Source of the DNA: a virus
Length of the DNA: 64,000 nucleotides
IMG/VR virus record: IMGVR_UViG_3300038463_000401
Strand: one strand, 5' to 3'
Shown here: positions 40,579-51,259 of the stretch, piece by piece
Position numbering within the stretch: the first letter of the stretch is position 1
How the letters are laid out: each line of letters starts with the position of its first letter
Translations under genes and position numbers: made by a program
The notes under the pieces: generated by a model
The model's database searches: none
The model's input: only the letters and a program-made list of their open reading frames with translations
What the model was told of the DNA's origin: nothing

Positions 40579-43163
40579 TCAAGCCTTCGGTTTGTTATCC
40601 AGCTCAGAGATCCGAGCGCGCACTTGCAGAAGCCGCATGTTCGTCCTGTCCATGTCGCCCTGTTCTTCCGCCGTCTTCTCCTGCGACGACATGTAGCGGG
40701 ACATCTTGCTCATGAGCGAGTGCTCTTCGTTGATAAGGTTGTCACGGAGGGTGGCGTCGTCTTGGGAGTATTTGTCCATGGTCATGTGGGCTTGCCTCCA
40801 TTGAGAAAGCTGGTCAGTTCTTCAACTGTCGTGTATCGGGTTTCGATGGACTCGTCCTCGGCCACGGCGCGCGCCAACTGCTCAAGCGTCTGTGACGTCG
40901 CCGCGCCCATAACTAAACCTTGTTTAAGACCGTCAAACCACATCTGCGTCCCATACTCAACGAGTCTGGCCTGCAGCAGGATCTTCGTAGCCGGGTTGAG
41001 CTGCTCCCCCGCCATGGCCTCGGTAAGCGTTTGATGCGCCAACGTGCCGCCGCGGAAGTAATCCTTCAGCTCCTTGGCGTTGGCCACATACGCGCCGCCG
41101 TCGGCCTTGAACGCAAACCCGCAGGCTTTGCAGCCATACACGGCCAGGCGTTTGTCAATGATCTTCATAGGTTGGAGAAGCGCGCCGGTGGACTTGCACC
41201 GCGGACACGGCATTGACTTATCGACTTCGCTCATATCCGGTCACTCTCCCCGCCGGTGAAGGCGGAGACGCGCTTTGGGTTGATCTTGGCGCGGCCGGCG
41301 CGCGGCTTGATATCCGGGGCGGGCGGGGGCGTACCTGATGCCAGGCCGAAAGCCTCTTCAGCGGACGGAGCAAGCTGGCCCTGGCCCATCTGGTCGGCGA
41401 ACGTCGGCGCCTCGACCTTGGCTTCGTGGTCAGGGTCGGTAACGTCCATGTCATGCTCGAGGGCCTCGTCGCTGGCGTCCGCCACGAGTGCGGGCGGGGG
41501 CGTCGCGGGTCTGCGAGCTGCCTTGCGCTTGGGCGCCGGTGGCGGCTCGGGGTCACCGAGGCCGTCGGAGACGCCGGTGAGGTCGTGGAAGACAGAGCCT
41601 TCCGCCACGCGGGGTTGCGCGAGCGGGGCGATGTAGCCCAACGTCTGCACCGGGCGCGGCTGGCCGGCAGTGATGGTGTCGACGATCTTGCTAACGATCG
41701 CCTCATCCAGCATCTTGGCCAGGAGTTCTTCGACGCTGGCGGTGCCCCCTAACAAAATGTTCAGGGCCCTGAGCTTGCGGACTGTTTCATCCGGCAATTC
41801 GAGTTCTAGTTGCACTTGTGTTCTCCTTTTAGGGTCGGGGCAACTGGCTTCGCCAGCGACCCAACCCGTAAAATATAGACAGGCTGTAAAGCAAAGTCCA
41901 GCGTTGATCTGGACTTTGCTCTTGGTTACTGCGCAGCAGGCTCCTCAGCGTTCAACTTATCCTCAATCTGACCCTGCGGCGTTGCCTTATACGCCGTCAT
42001 GTCCTCGATGAAGACGTTCAGCGCCTCCTCCACCGTCTTGCCACGGCGCGGCGGCGGGCGGTCAAAGCGCATGTACTCGACGACTAATTGGCCATCGGCC
42101 AACTTATGGACTTCGATTGGCCTGCCTGCTAACTCAGCGGCCTTCTTCATTAATTCACTGATCACGATCTAGAACCTCCCTGATTCTGAACGATAGTTCA
42201 CTGCCGTCAAAGCTTATGAGGGCGCTGATCATGGTGAGCTTCTCTTCCGCCTGCTTAAGCGACTGGCGCGCGCCGTAGAGCTCGGCCGCCACGATACCGA
42301 AGTGGCTCGCCAAAACAACCTGCTGCGCAGCGGTTGGGTTGCCCTGGCTCATGCGGAGAAGACGGCCAAGCTCTTTATCGTCCATGGTTCACCAAATGAA
42401 AACTGTGACGGGGACAGCGCCTACGTCGGTGACGTCGGAATGGAGTCTCCAAGCGTCGCCGGGCACAGCATACTGGTATTCAATGTCTGCATCAAACGGT
42501 GGCTCTCCTTCCCACTCGTCCAGCCACTTTTGTTTAAAAAACTCCTTTGACACGTGGCCCAAGAGCAGGTCTGCAACCGGGGTCTCCTCGGGGCCGATCG
42601 TGACTAGCTTTGCATCACTCGCCATAAAGCCATAACCCGTCTTCCGCGCGTAGCAAGCCGACGTGCGCATTGCGGCCGGATATGAAAATGCCGTGGGTAC
42701 CGTCCGGACGCCGCTGCAGCGACGCACCCTCTACTGAGGTAACAGCCTCCGCCACCCGCCCATCCTGAAAGGACGAGACCTGGACTAGGACGCCGAAGCC
42801 AGGGATCAGCATCGCCTTGGTCGACTTCATCCACCCGCCAGCAACCGAGCTGGCCTTGCAGACCAGCTTCCACGTATCAGGATCGCCGGCGGTCTTGGTG
42901 TCCGGCACCTTGTCTGGGAACTCGTTTGACGAAGTTACATCGAGTGCTTTGTCGCTCATCTTAGTTTCCAGTCAGCTCAAGAAGTTCCCTAAAGAACCAG
43001 GCCACAATAGCCCAGCCACAGACCAAGCACACCAATGCAAAGGCGAAGCTGCAAAGCCTCTCCTTAACTGTGTAATACCTCATCATAATCCTTTCAGTAT
43101 CAAAAGGACGGCCGCTGCCAGCACTGCGGCTGCGGCCACTGCGTAAGTGAGCGTAAGCTTCAA
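40579..43163 (-). other. Run of small hypothetical CDS including two short membrane peptides near 42960-43163
   Basis: ORFs 40579, 40782, 41231, 41926, 42155, 42389, 42615; sub-60-aa MMRYYTVKERLCSFAFALVCLVCGWAIVAWFF and LKLTLTYAVAAAAVLAAAVLLIL. Confidence 0.5.
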
Positions 43164-43648
43164 AGCCACCCGGCGCCCTTTCCTGCGCGGACTGGTTCTT
43201 CTTTCTTCGAAAAGAAATCCGAAGCGTCGTGGTACTTGAGGCCGGCGCGCTTGGCCGCCTCCTCGTCGCTAGGCAAATCGCCGACCATAAATGACTTGCT
43301 CAAGTCGATACCGTGCTTCTCGGCAAGTTCATGGATCATGCCCGGGTTGGGCTTGCGCGTAGGGTGATCGCCCATGTGTGGCGAGTACGACATATCGTCG
43401 AAGACATAGCCAAGACGGTGGTCAAGATCCGCGAGCGCCTTCTTCACCTTTTCATGGGTTGTATAGCCCATGGCGATGCCGCCCTGGTTGGACACCGCGA
43501 AGATCTTGTAGCCTTGGGCTTTTAACTCTTTGAGCTTCTCCTTGCGGCCCGGCATGACGACCTGATCTTCTGGGGTATCCGGAGTGATCTTACCGGACTT
43601 GGAAACTCGAATAGTCGAGTCCAAGTCAAAAAATGCAGCCTTACTCAT
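43160..43648 (-). CDS. HAD-IIIA phosphatase (GmhB/polynucleotide 3'-phosphatase-like)
   Basis: FDLDSTI, VSNQGGIA, RKPNPGM, MVGDLPSD. Confidence 0.88.
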   Translation of the reverse strand: MSKAAFFDLDSTIRVSKSGKITPDTPEDQVVMPGRKEKLKELKAQGYKIFAVSNQGGIAMGYTTHEKVKKALADLDHRLGYVFDDMSYSPHMGDHPTRKPNPGMIHELAEKHGIDLSKSFMVGDLPSDEEAAKRAGLKYHDASDFFSKKEEPVRAGKGAGWL

Positions 43649-45792
43649 TAGTTACCTCAGCGTCGATCGTGCTGGCCTGCCGCACCTTCTGCTCAGCAGC
43701 CATGGCCACGGCCTCCTTCCGGTACTCCTCTATGTCTGCACCGACGAACTGGCAAGCCAACTGCTCCATCCGCAACTCGTCGCAGCAGATGTAGTTGATG
43801 CTCCGAAGGAACCGCATGATCGCCATCGCCGCGGCGTGCTTGGGCCTGTTCAAGACCACTGCGGCATGATGCGGATATTTGGCTTTCAGCTCTTCGTCGG
43901 TGAGCCACCGCTGCGCGGCATTGGCTAAGCCGACGAGCTGGACGATGTCTTGGACCGTCTCAAGATCCTGGCTTTGCTCCGCCATGTGCCGCCTCATATT
44001 TGTCGAAAGTTTCGTTGATGCTCCTGATGGCGTCAGCCCGCAGTGCCTTAAGCTCCTCCGGCGTGGACACTTCCAGCACCTGCAGCGGGAGGCCCACCTC
44101 ATGTGGCTTGCCATCAACCAGCATACGGCCCATGACCGCCGGGGCCCACTGGTGCGGGCCGATGCGCATAGAACGCAGTTCGTTAGTGGAGACCAGCGGC
44201 CCGTCAATTAACGTGCAGACCAGAATAACCGTGGTCATCTCTTCAGCTCCTTAATCGCAGCGGAGTGAAGTTCGAGGACGGCGGTGCGGACGCGGCTGAC
44301 CTCTCCCCGATAGTAAGCGATCTGCTCCCAGCATTTCTTGTTGGGTTCCCCTTCAAGCGAAGCCTCAGCGAGCTTCTCGTAGTGCTCAAGGCGTGCTTGG
44401 AGGGCTTTCAAATCTGTTGTAAGGCTTTTCTGCAAGGACTCGTTTACTGGCTTCGGTTCCATAGATGTGTTCTCCTCTTAAGTTTTCAAACTTAACGTAC
44501 TGGTCGTAACGCGTCGGGGCAATAAGGATCTCTAGCCAGCCTGCAGCCGTGCGCCGGGCATGCCGCGTCGGCGCCTTCGCCAGCCCGTCGGCGACGGCCA
44601 ATAAGCCCTCCGCAGCATGGGCGAAGAGCTTCATGTCCTCTCGCTGCGCCTGGCCGCCGCGCTGTGCGATCGCACGGTGGTTCAGCCAGTTGGCAAGGTT
44701 ATAGACTTCGACGTTGTTGAGGTATGCAGGAGGGGCTTGGTATGCGCCGGCGGAGGATTCCTTCCAGACGCGCCAGACTTCATGTAGCCGCCACCGGAGG
44801 CGTTTCAGCACTTGTGTTCTCCTTGAGCTGCTTCAGCTCGTATTCCAATCTACGCACGTCTTGGTGGGCGTGGCCAAGGTCGGTCATGAGGTTCTCAAAC
44901 AGCTTGTCACCGAGGACATACTTGTCAAAGCCCTTCTCACTTCCGATCTGTTTGACCGTCTTGAGCAGCAAGGCATAGCCTGCTTCGTCTAAGATCTCCA
45001 AGACGATCTTAGCGCCTTCCCTCTCGGACTCAGGGATGGCCTCGTCCTTCTCGTAAGGACGAGATAGTTGGGTGAAGACTATGCCATAAAAGGCATTTGG
45101 CGGGTCATCTTCGGGGCCACTGATGCAGATGCCCACGCCCACGTCTTTAAAGCCTAAAAGTACCTTGAACCACTTGCCGTCCTCAGAAACCGTGATCATG
45201 TGTTCTCCTTAAAGTAGGCTGCGATGGCAAACGCCACAGCAACCTACGAAACGATCGTGCCCCCCGAAAACATCGGGTAATTTAGCAAGATGTGGTAGAG
45301 GTTGTTGAGCGCCGTTGCCAGCGAAGTCGTTGTCAGCGGATCCTGGGCACCGCTCTGCGTCACGCCCTGCGTGTACATAGGCGACATGCCCGCGGCGTAG
45401 TCCGCGTACGAACCATAGCCGCAGATGGTCAGGTTTGCCACAGTGTTGACGAAGTCGATCTGAATACGGGTAACGACCCAATACGTTGCCGGCACGCCGG
45501 TGTTATTCGGGTCGATGCTTAGGCTAATCGGCATGAATTATCCTATGAAAGTGGGGGGAGTTGTCTTCACGTTCCACGTCGAATCTGTATGACACACCGG
45601 GCATTGATAAATCTCGTCACCACCTAGGATCTTCTGACGCACCCAGTCGGCATTGGTCAAGAGGTGGTCTCCCTTCGGGCACTCCATGGTGATGCCCGCG
45701 AGCGACGCACGGCGCTTGGAACGGATGTACCACACCAAGGCGATGATGCCTAGGACGCCGAGAACGATGCCACCGATGACGAGGAAAATCAT
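43641..45792 (-). other. Seven small hypothetical CDS
   Basis: 43641, 43960, 44235, 44386, 44780, 45244, 45538; three preceded by GGAGAACAC. Confidence 0.5.
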
Positions 45793-45801
45793 AGAACCCC
45801 C

Positions 45802-46074
45802 TTAGATATGTTTATGGGCTTTGAGCAAAGCCAAAGCTATCACGCCACCAATCATGTAGAATGTGAAGTCGCGAAGGTCTGAGCCGCGGATGTCCGGCTC
45901 CTGCCAGTGGGCGTCATAGGCGAACTCCTTCAGGGCCGCCACGACGATGCCAATCGGAATAGCATACTTCAGCGCGCGCTTGCCCCAAAGCGAGTGCGAA
46001 CCAAGTACGACAAGCCCGCCGCCAACAGCGTGGGCCTTCTGGGCAAGGATGTCCAGATACTCCGGGGTGATCAC
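45802..46074 (-). CDS. Small 3-TM membrane protein, paralog B
   Basis: GTG 46074 (GTGA overlap); AH...KEFAYD...DLRDFTFYMIG. Confidence 0.6.
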   Translation of the reverse strand: MITPEYLDILAQKAHAVGGGLVVLGSHSLWGKRALKYAIPIGIVVAALKEFAYDAHWQEPDIRGSDLRDFTFYMIGGVIALALLKAHKHI

Positions 46075-46352
46075 GAAAGCTTGCCTCCCGCCCACAGGAC
46101 CAGAATGGTGGTAACCATCCCCGCCATGTAGAAGCCGAAGTCCTCCCAGCCGGAAGGGCCTGCCTCTTCAGGGGTTTCGTATACGTTATCGTACCAAAAT
46201 TCCTTAAAGGCCGTCATGGCAATCCAGATCGGCACTGCGATAAGCAGCGCTTTTGGCCCGCCAAAGACGAAGGTTACTAACATAACCGTCGCGCTGGCCA
46301 GCACATGCGATGCTTGCGAGACCTCATCGAAGAATTTATCGCTAATCGACAC
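46071..46352 (-). CDS. Small 3-TM membrane protein, paralog A
   Basis: SH...KEFWYD...GWEDFGFYMAG. Confidence 0.6.
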   Translation of the reverse strand: MSISDKFFDEVSQASHVLASATVMLVTFVFGGPKALLIAVPIWIAMTAFKEFWYDNVYETPEEAGPSGWEDFGFYMAGMVTTILVLWAGGKLS

Positions 46353-46756
46353 CCAAAGCCTCCTCGCAGATCGTCATGATCTCATCATACTCCTGTCTGG
46401 GTGCAAGTTGGGAGATGGAGCGAAGCGCTCGCTCAAGCTTTTCTATAAGATCGCAGGCCTTCTTAAACGGCTTGCCCGACGGCTCAAACCGGGCTGCACT
46501 CGCTGCTCTTTTCAACTGTTCCAACTGGATCTGCATCGCGTTCATAGAGAAACCCCGTAACTGAGTTGACTAGGTCAGCCCCGTTAACGGGCGTTTCCCC
46601 GTTAACAAGGCCAGGGAAGTGCGCCTCCAAGTGAACCATCAGATTCAACGCCTTGTTGATCTTGTCGCACCAGTACGGGCCGACGAGCGCCACCGTGCTT
46701 CCGTCATTGTCGAAGATGCGGTGGGTATAGCCTTCTTTCAATGGCATAATGCCTCC

Positions 46757-47017
46757 ATGAGTAGATGTTGCCCCACCAAGGTAAAACCACCCTCGCTGCC
46801 AAAGCAAATCGGCGAGCTCGCACGCACCGCCGCAGCCGCGTTTGGTCACTTTGCTAAGACAGGACAAGTGGCCGCCGCCCCCGACTTAATCGATAAGCGA
46901 CTGGCCACTTGTAAAGGTTGCGAGAAGTTCACTGGCACGCGGTGCGTCAGCTGCGGGTGCTTTGTGCATCTGAAGGTTGTACCCTCAGTTTCCAAATGCC
47001 CTGAAGGCAAATGGTGA
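46757..47017 (+). CDS. Small Cys-rich protein (DUF6171-like), lone + strand gene
   Basis: KRLATCKGCE...RCVSCGCFVHLKV...KCPEGKW. Confidence 0.6.
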   Translation: MSRCCPTKVKPPSLPKQIGELARTAAAAFGHFAKTGQVAAAPDLIDKRLATCKGCEKFTGTRCVSCGCFVHLKVVPSVSKCPEGKW

Positions 47018-47022
47018 CTGCG

Positions 47023-48101
47023 TCAGCAGTTAAACATGGTCCGTGGACCAGTCAAGTCAACACCGGGCCTTAGGAGGTCTTCCAGAGGGGGTTTTGGGGG
47101 CTGACCAGGGGCACCACCTCCCTCGTGCAGCGCACTAAGCGCAGCTTGATGCGCCGCGTCCCCGTGCGACGGGTCGATCTCGTGCTTGAAGACCATGTTG
47201 AGGTGGTTGCGGATGCACTTCACCTGTGCCGAGGAAAGATCAAGGTTGCCCTTGTCCTCGGGGTGTTTGTTCTCTTCGCTGATCTCGAAGAACCCCTGCA
47301 ACCAATATACAAAATCCCTACTATTCACGGGCAGTTACCTCCGCGCGTATGTCAAAGTTTTCTTGGATCCAGTTGACCAGCTTCTGGAGTTCCTCGGGGC
47401 TGACTACGTTGCTAACCATTATACAGTCGCCCTCCCCACTTATCTCTGCAAGGCACCGCTCTCCGCAGCCTGCCCTTGGAGTGCAGCACGGCTTGGGCCT
47501 AGCTTGCGCGGCTGCAACACGTGCAGCATAATCACTTGCCTTGCTCATGTCTCCTCCGGCTCGTCTAGCCACGGCGCGCGTCGCCAATGTCCTGTGGACG
47601 GGTTGTTGGTGAGTGTCACCGCTCCAGTATCGTCGTTGAACCACGCCCTCAGCCTCGGCTTGGACTCGACCCATTCGGCGACGAGGTCTTGGGGGCTAGT
47701 GTCAACCTCTATCCATGATCCGTCCGTGCACCAGGTACAGGCAGACTGACTGCTCTCTACATATCCACAGACCCTCTCGTCCGAATCCACCCTGAACGGC
47801 GGCTCAATGCATGCCACATACGCCTTGCTCCCATCACGAGTCTTGTAAAACTTGCCTGCTTCTAATTTCATTGTTCGAGATACTCCTGCATATGAATAGC
47901 CGCCTTAGTATCGACTAACACAGTGCGGTCATCGTCAAGCTTTTTCTCCCACAGCCAGATGCTGCCGGGGGTGCTGCTTGTATGTTTCCAGCCTTTCTTT
48001 CTCAAATAGGCCGCAATGCGGTAATCTAGGAACTCCTTTTGAATAGCCGCGTCGACCGCGCAAACTAGATCTGGTCCGTCAGACTGTTCGTTCATTCCCA
48101 C
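47023..48101 (-). other. Four small hypothetical CDS
   Basis: 47023 (MNSRDFVYWLQGFFE), 47321, 47545, 47868. Confidence 0.5.
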
Positions 48102-49183
48102 ACCACCTTGCGCGTCGGCACTACGATGTCATTCGCCTTCATAAACTCCACGACCCAATCACACGTAATCGCCGAGACAGGACTATTTTCCGGGTTATCT
48201 CCCTTCTTGATGCCGAGGAACCACCTCTCAAGAGGGCTATCGGAATCGGCCTTGAGTACCCCGTCGAGGATCTTGTAATTGCACCCACGTGCGTTCGCGA
48301 TGGTGCCCTTAAGACAGGCACAGTCGCCCTCGTAGGCTTTGCCATCGATGTGTCCGTCGACCAAAGCCTTGTAGAGAAAAACCACTTCCTCCCGAGATGA
48401 TTCCAGTACTTTTAGAAAATCGTCGCGAATTGGGGACAGGTCGGCCCCGGACAGGTAGGCCACGGACAGGTCGGCCTCGTACAGGTTGGCCCCGGACAGG
48501 TTGGCCCTGGACAGGTCGGCCCTGGACAGGTTGGCCCCGGACAGGTTGGCCCTGGACAGGTTGGCCTCGTACAGGTTGGCCACGGACAGGTCGGCCCTGG
48601 ACAGGTTGGCCTCGTACAGGTTGGCCTCGTACAGGTAGGCCCCGGACAGGTTGGCCCCGGACAGGTAGGCCACGGACAGGTCGGCCCTGGACAGGTTGGC
48701 CTCGTACAGGTCGGCCCCGGACAGGTAGGCCACGGACAGGTTGGCCTCGTACAGGTTGGCCTCGTACAGGTAGGCCCCGGACAGGTTGGCCCCGGACAGG
48801 TTGGCCCTGGACAGGTTGGCCTCGTACAGGTTGGCCACGGACAGGTTGGCCCCGGACAGGTCGGCCCCGGACAGGTTGGCCCCGGACAGGTTGGCCCCGG
48901 ACAGGTTGGCCCTGGACAGGTTGGCCTCGTACAGGTAGGCCCCGGACAGGTTGGCCCCGGACAGGTCGGCCCTGGACAGGTTGGCCTCGTACAGGTTGGC
49001 CCCGGACAGGTTGGCCCCGGACAGGTTGGCCCCGGACAGGTTGGCCTCGTACAGGTTGGCCCCGGACAGGTCGGCCTCGTACAGGTTGGCCCCGGACAGG
49101 TTGGCCCTTGTACCACCCTCGCCCACCACCCACTTGCGATGCAGTTCCAAAATGTTCTTTAGTTCTTGTTGATCAATAGTCAT
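48092..49183 (-). CDS. Pentapeptide-repeat protein with C-terminal globular domain
   Basis: ATG 49183 after GGAGG; 45 x A[NDY]L[SY][GERV]; C-domain DGKAYEGDCACLKGTIA...PLERWF. Confidence 0.9.
   Translation of the reverse strand: MTIDQQELKNILELHRKWVVGEGGTRANLSGANLYEADLSGANLYEANLSGANLSGANLSGANLYEANLSRADLSGANLSGAYLYEANLSRANLSGANLSGANLSGADLSGANLSVANLYEANLSRANLSGANLSGAYLYEANLYEANLSVAYLSGADLYEANLSRADLSVAYLSGANLSGAYLYEANLYEANLSRADLSVANLYEANLSRANLSGANLSRADLSRANLSGANLYEADLSVAYLSGADLSPIRDDFLKVLESSREEVVFLYKALVDGHIDGKAYEGDCACLKGTIANARGCNYKILDGVLKADSDSPLERWFLGIKKGDNPENSPVSAITCDWVVEFMKANDIVVPTRKVVWE
48431..49105 (-). repeat. 45 x 15-bp tandem repeat
   Basis: GCC[AGT]ACCTGT[CA]C(GGG|AGG|GTG|GAG); last unit ends CCA. 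Confidence 0.97.
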
Positions 49184-51259
49184 CGATCTCGATCCTCCAC
49201 TTCTCAATGATATTATCAAGCAGCTTTAGCTGCTCAGTAAGTGCCTCGGCGCGCTCGCGCTCTGCATAGAGCCGTTCATCCTCTGCCATCCTCGCGCATA
49301 CCTTGTCCGTCTCCTCAACTGCTTCTAGCAGAGCCTCTCGGCTAAAGCCCGCGCGCACCATGGTAACTACGCGAGCGTTGCCTTCGTTGCGTTTGGCGTC
49401 GATGAGTTGGCTCATGGCTGAATCTTCCTCCAGAACTTTTCACGCACCAGTTGTGCCTCCTTCTCTTTCCGCTCCGGTGACAACTTCCACCATAGGTAGT
49501 CATCCCGGCTGTACACGGTCGTCCACCACTCTGTCCTAAGATGCTTATCCCCGAATTCGCATTCCCTTTCACGCACGCCAGAATGGTAGAACGAGACGTA
49601 CTGATGCTCCATGGGCCAACCGCCACGTCAAATCGCTGCGATAGCTCGGCTAGTGCTGCCTCAAGCTGATCGATAAGGTCGCACGCGGAATTAACCGTTT
49701 CTCGTGCCGCCATGCTATCGAAATATCTGGCTGCTTTGCGCCACTCGTCGGTTTTGGTGGTCATGGTTCTACCTCAAAAAATTTAACGTCACCCTTGTCA
49801 TACAGAGCATCAAGAATGTGAGGGATTGCATCAGTCAGGAACTGCGCAACTAGCACCCGGCTGGTGCATTCGTCATCCAGGTGCCAAGTGTCTTTCTCCC
49901 GGTTATATGACAGGGTAATAGCGCCAAAACCCCATCCTTTGCGGCTGACTCCAATCTCGATGCCGGTGTAGCCTTCGTTGGAAAAGAATTTGATGTTTGT
50001 GGCATCTGGGAATTTTTCTACTAGGTCTTGTAGTTTGCTGTTCATTTCAGCGCGGCCTCCACGTCTCGACGATGTTCGTATAGCTCAGCTATCTCCTTTA
50101 CCATGTCGCGCTGAATGAACCCTTTAGCGGCTTGCAAGATCTCTAGCCCTTCCGCTTGACTGCCGCGAAATTCAAATTTGCTGTCAGCGCAGCGTACAAA
50201 GCCACGAGGCAGGTGCTCCGGCGGGACAGCACGATAATTATCAGACAAAAATCCTTTCTTATCGTAATAGTCGGCGGGCGTGATGAGGAAGTGTGTGATC
50301 CGCTGGCCGCCTGAAGTAAACCAATCTGGGTATTCAGTGTCGGGAGTGTAATAGTATTTCATTTCAGCACGTCCTCCGCAGCTTGGTGAAGGGCGGTGAG
50401 GGCATCGTCTAACGCTTGATCGCCATGAGATGGATCATCGCAATAAAACTGGTGTGCTTTGGCCGCCTTCGCGACGTTGAGCAGCGGCTCGGCAAGCTGG
50501 CGCCAAATGATGATGGCGTTTAGCTCGCTGTGGTTATAAACATTCATAAGGTCATTGCCTTGGTCTTGCGACATGTCGGCAGAATATATTTCGCCATCTT
50601 CATCAGATTCCCACGGCCCCGGCATCGCCGCCCGCGTCACCACCAAAGCCTCGTCAAGTAGTTTGGATAGTTCGGTCATGGCTTCGTCAACTCCTTTTGA
50701 AATTTCCACCGCTCCCATGCTTCTAACGCGCCATCTAGCTCATCCAACTCATGGCACAGGAGCTTAGACTTGGCACGGTAAGCTTTTGCCTTCTCCGCCA
50801 CTTCGCGCAAAATCGTGATTACTTCTCCCGCCTCCGTGGCTAACTTGACTGCCATATCCATCTTGCCAAACAGCCTATCCAACGATTCGGTGATGTCGCT
50901 CAAACTTGTTTTCCTCCAATCTTCTTCACGAAGTCATCGAGCGCGCAGACCTTCTCCTTCGGCACGGAGTAGGACACCGTCTGGTGAGTTTTCGCCAGAT
51001 GAATACGTTTAAAATGTTGAACGAACGTGCCCGGTCCGGCCGCGGGCTCTTCCCCATCTGGGCCTTGCCAGCAGAAGGTGAAGTCGAGGTCTTCGAGGCG
51101 GACGATCTTACCCGGGGTTCTGGCCGCGAAGCTGCCCTCGTGGGTGTTGTAGAGCTCTTCATCGACCTCGGCAGCTTCACCCTCCATATACCAATCGCCC
51201 TCTGGCAGAGGCCAGTGATTGTTGAGCACGTCACAGATGTCGTTGATGTTGACTTTCAC
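49173..51259 (-). other. Eight small hypothetical CDS
   Basis: Chained ATGA overlaps 49173-51259. Confidence 0.5.

Noticed and set aside
48431-49105. CRISPR array or DGR
   Set aside because: No unique spacers; no reverse transcriptase or TR/VR pair in the window; one adenine in the unit is invariant.
48309-49179. Extra long ORFs through the repeat (GQPVR, PTCPG, RTGWP frames)
   Set aside because: By-products of a stop-free 15-bp unit; only the A[NDY]LSG frame has an RBS and a globular C-domain.
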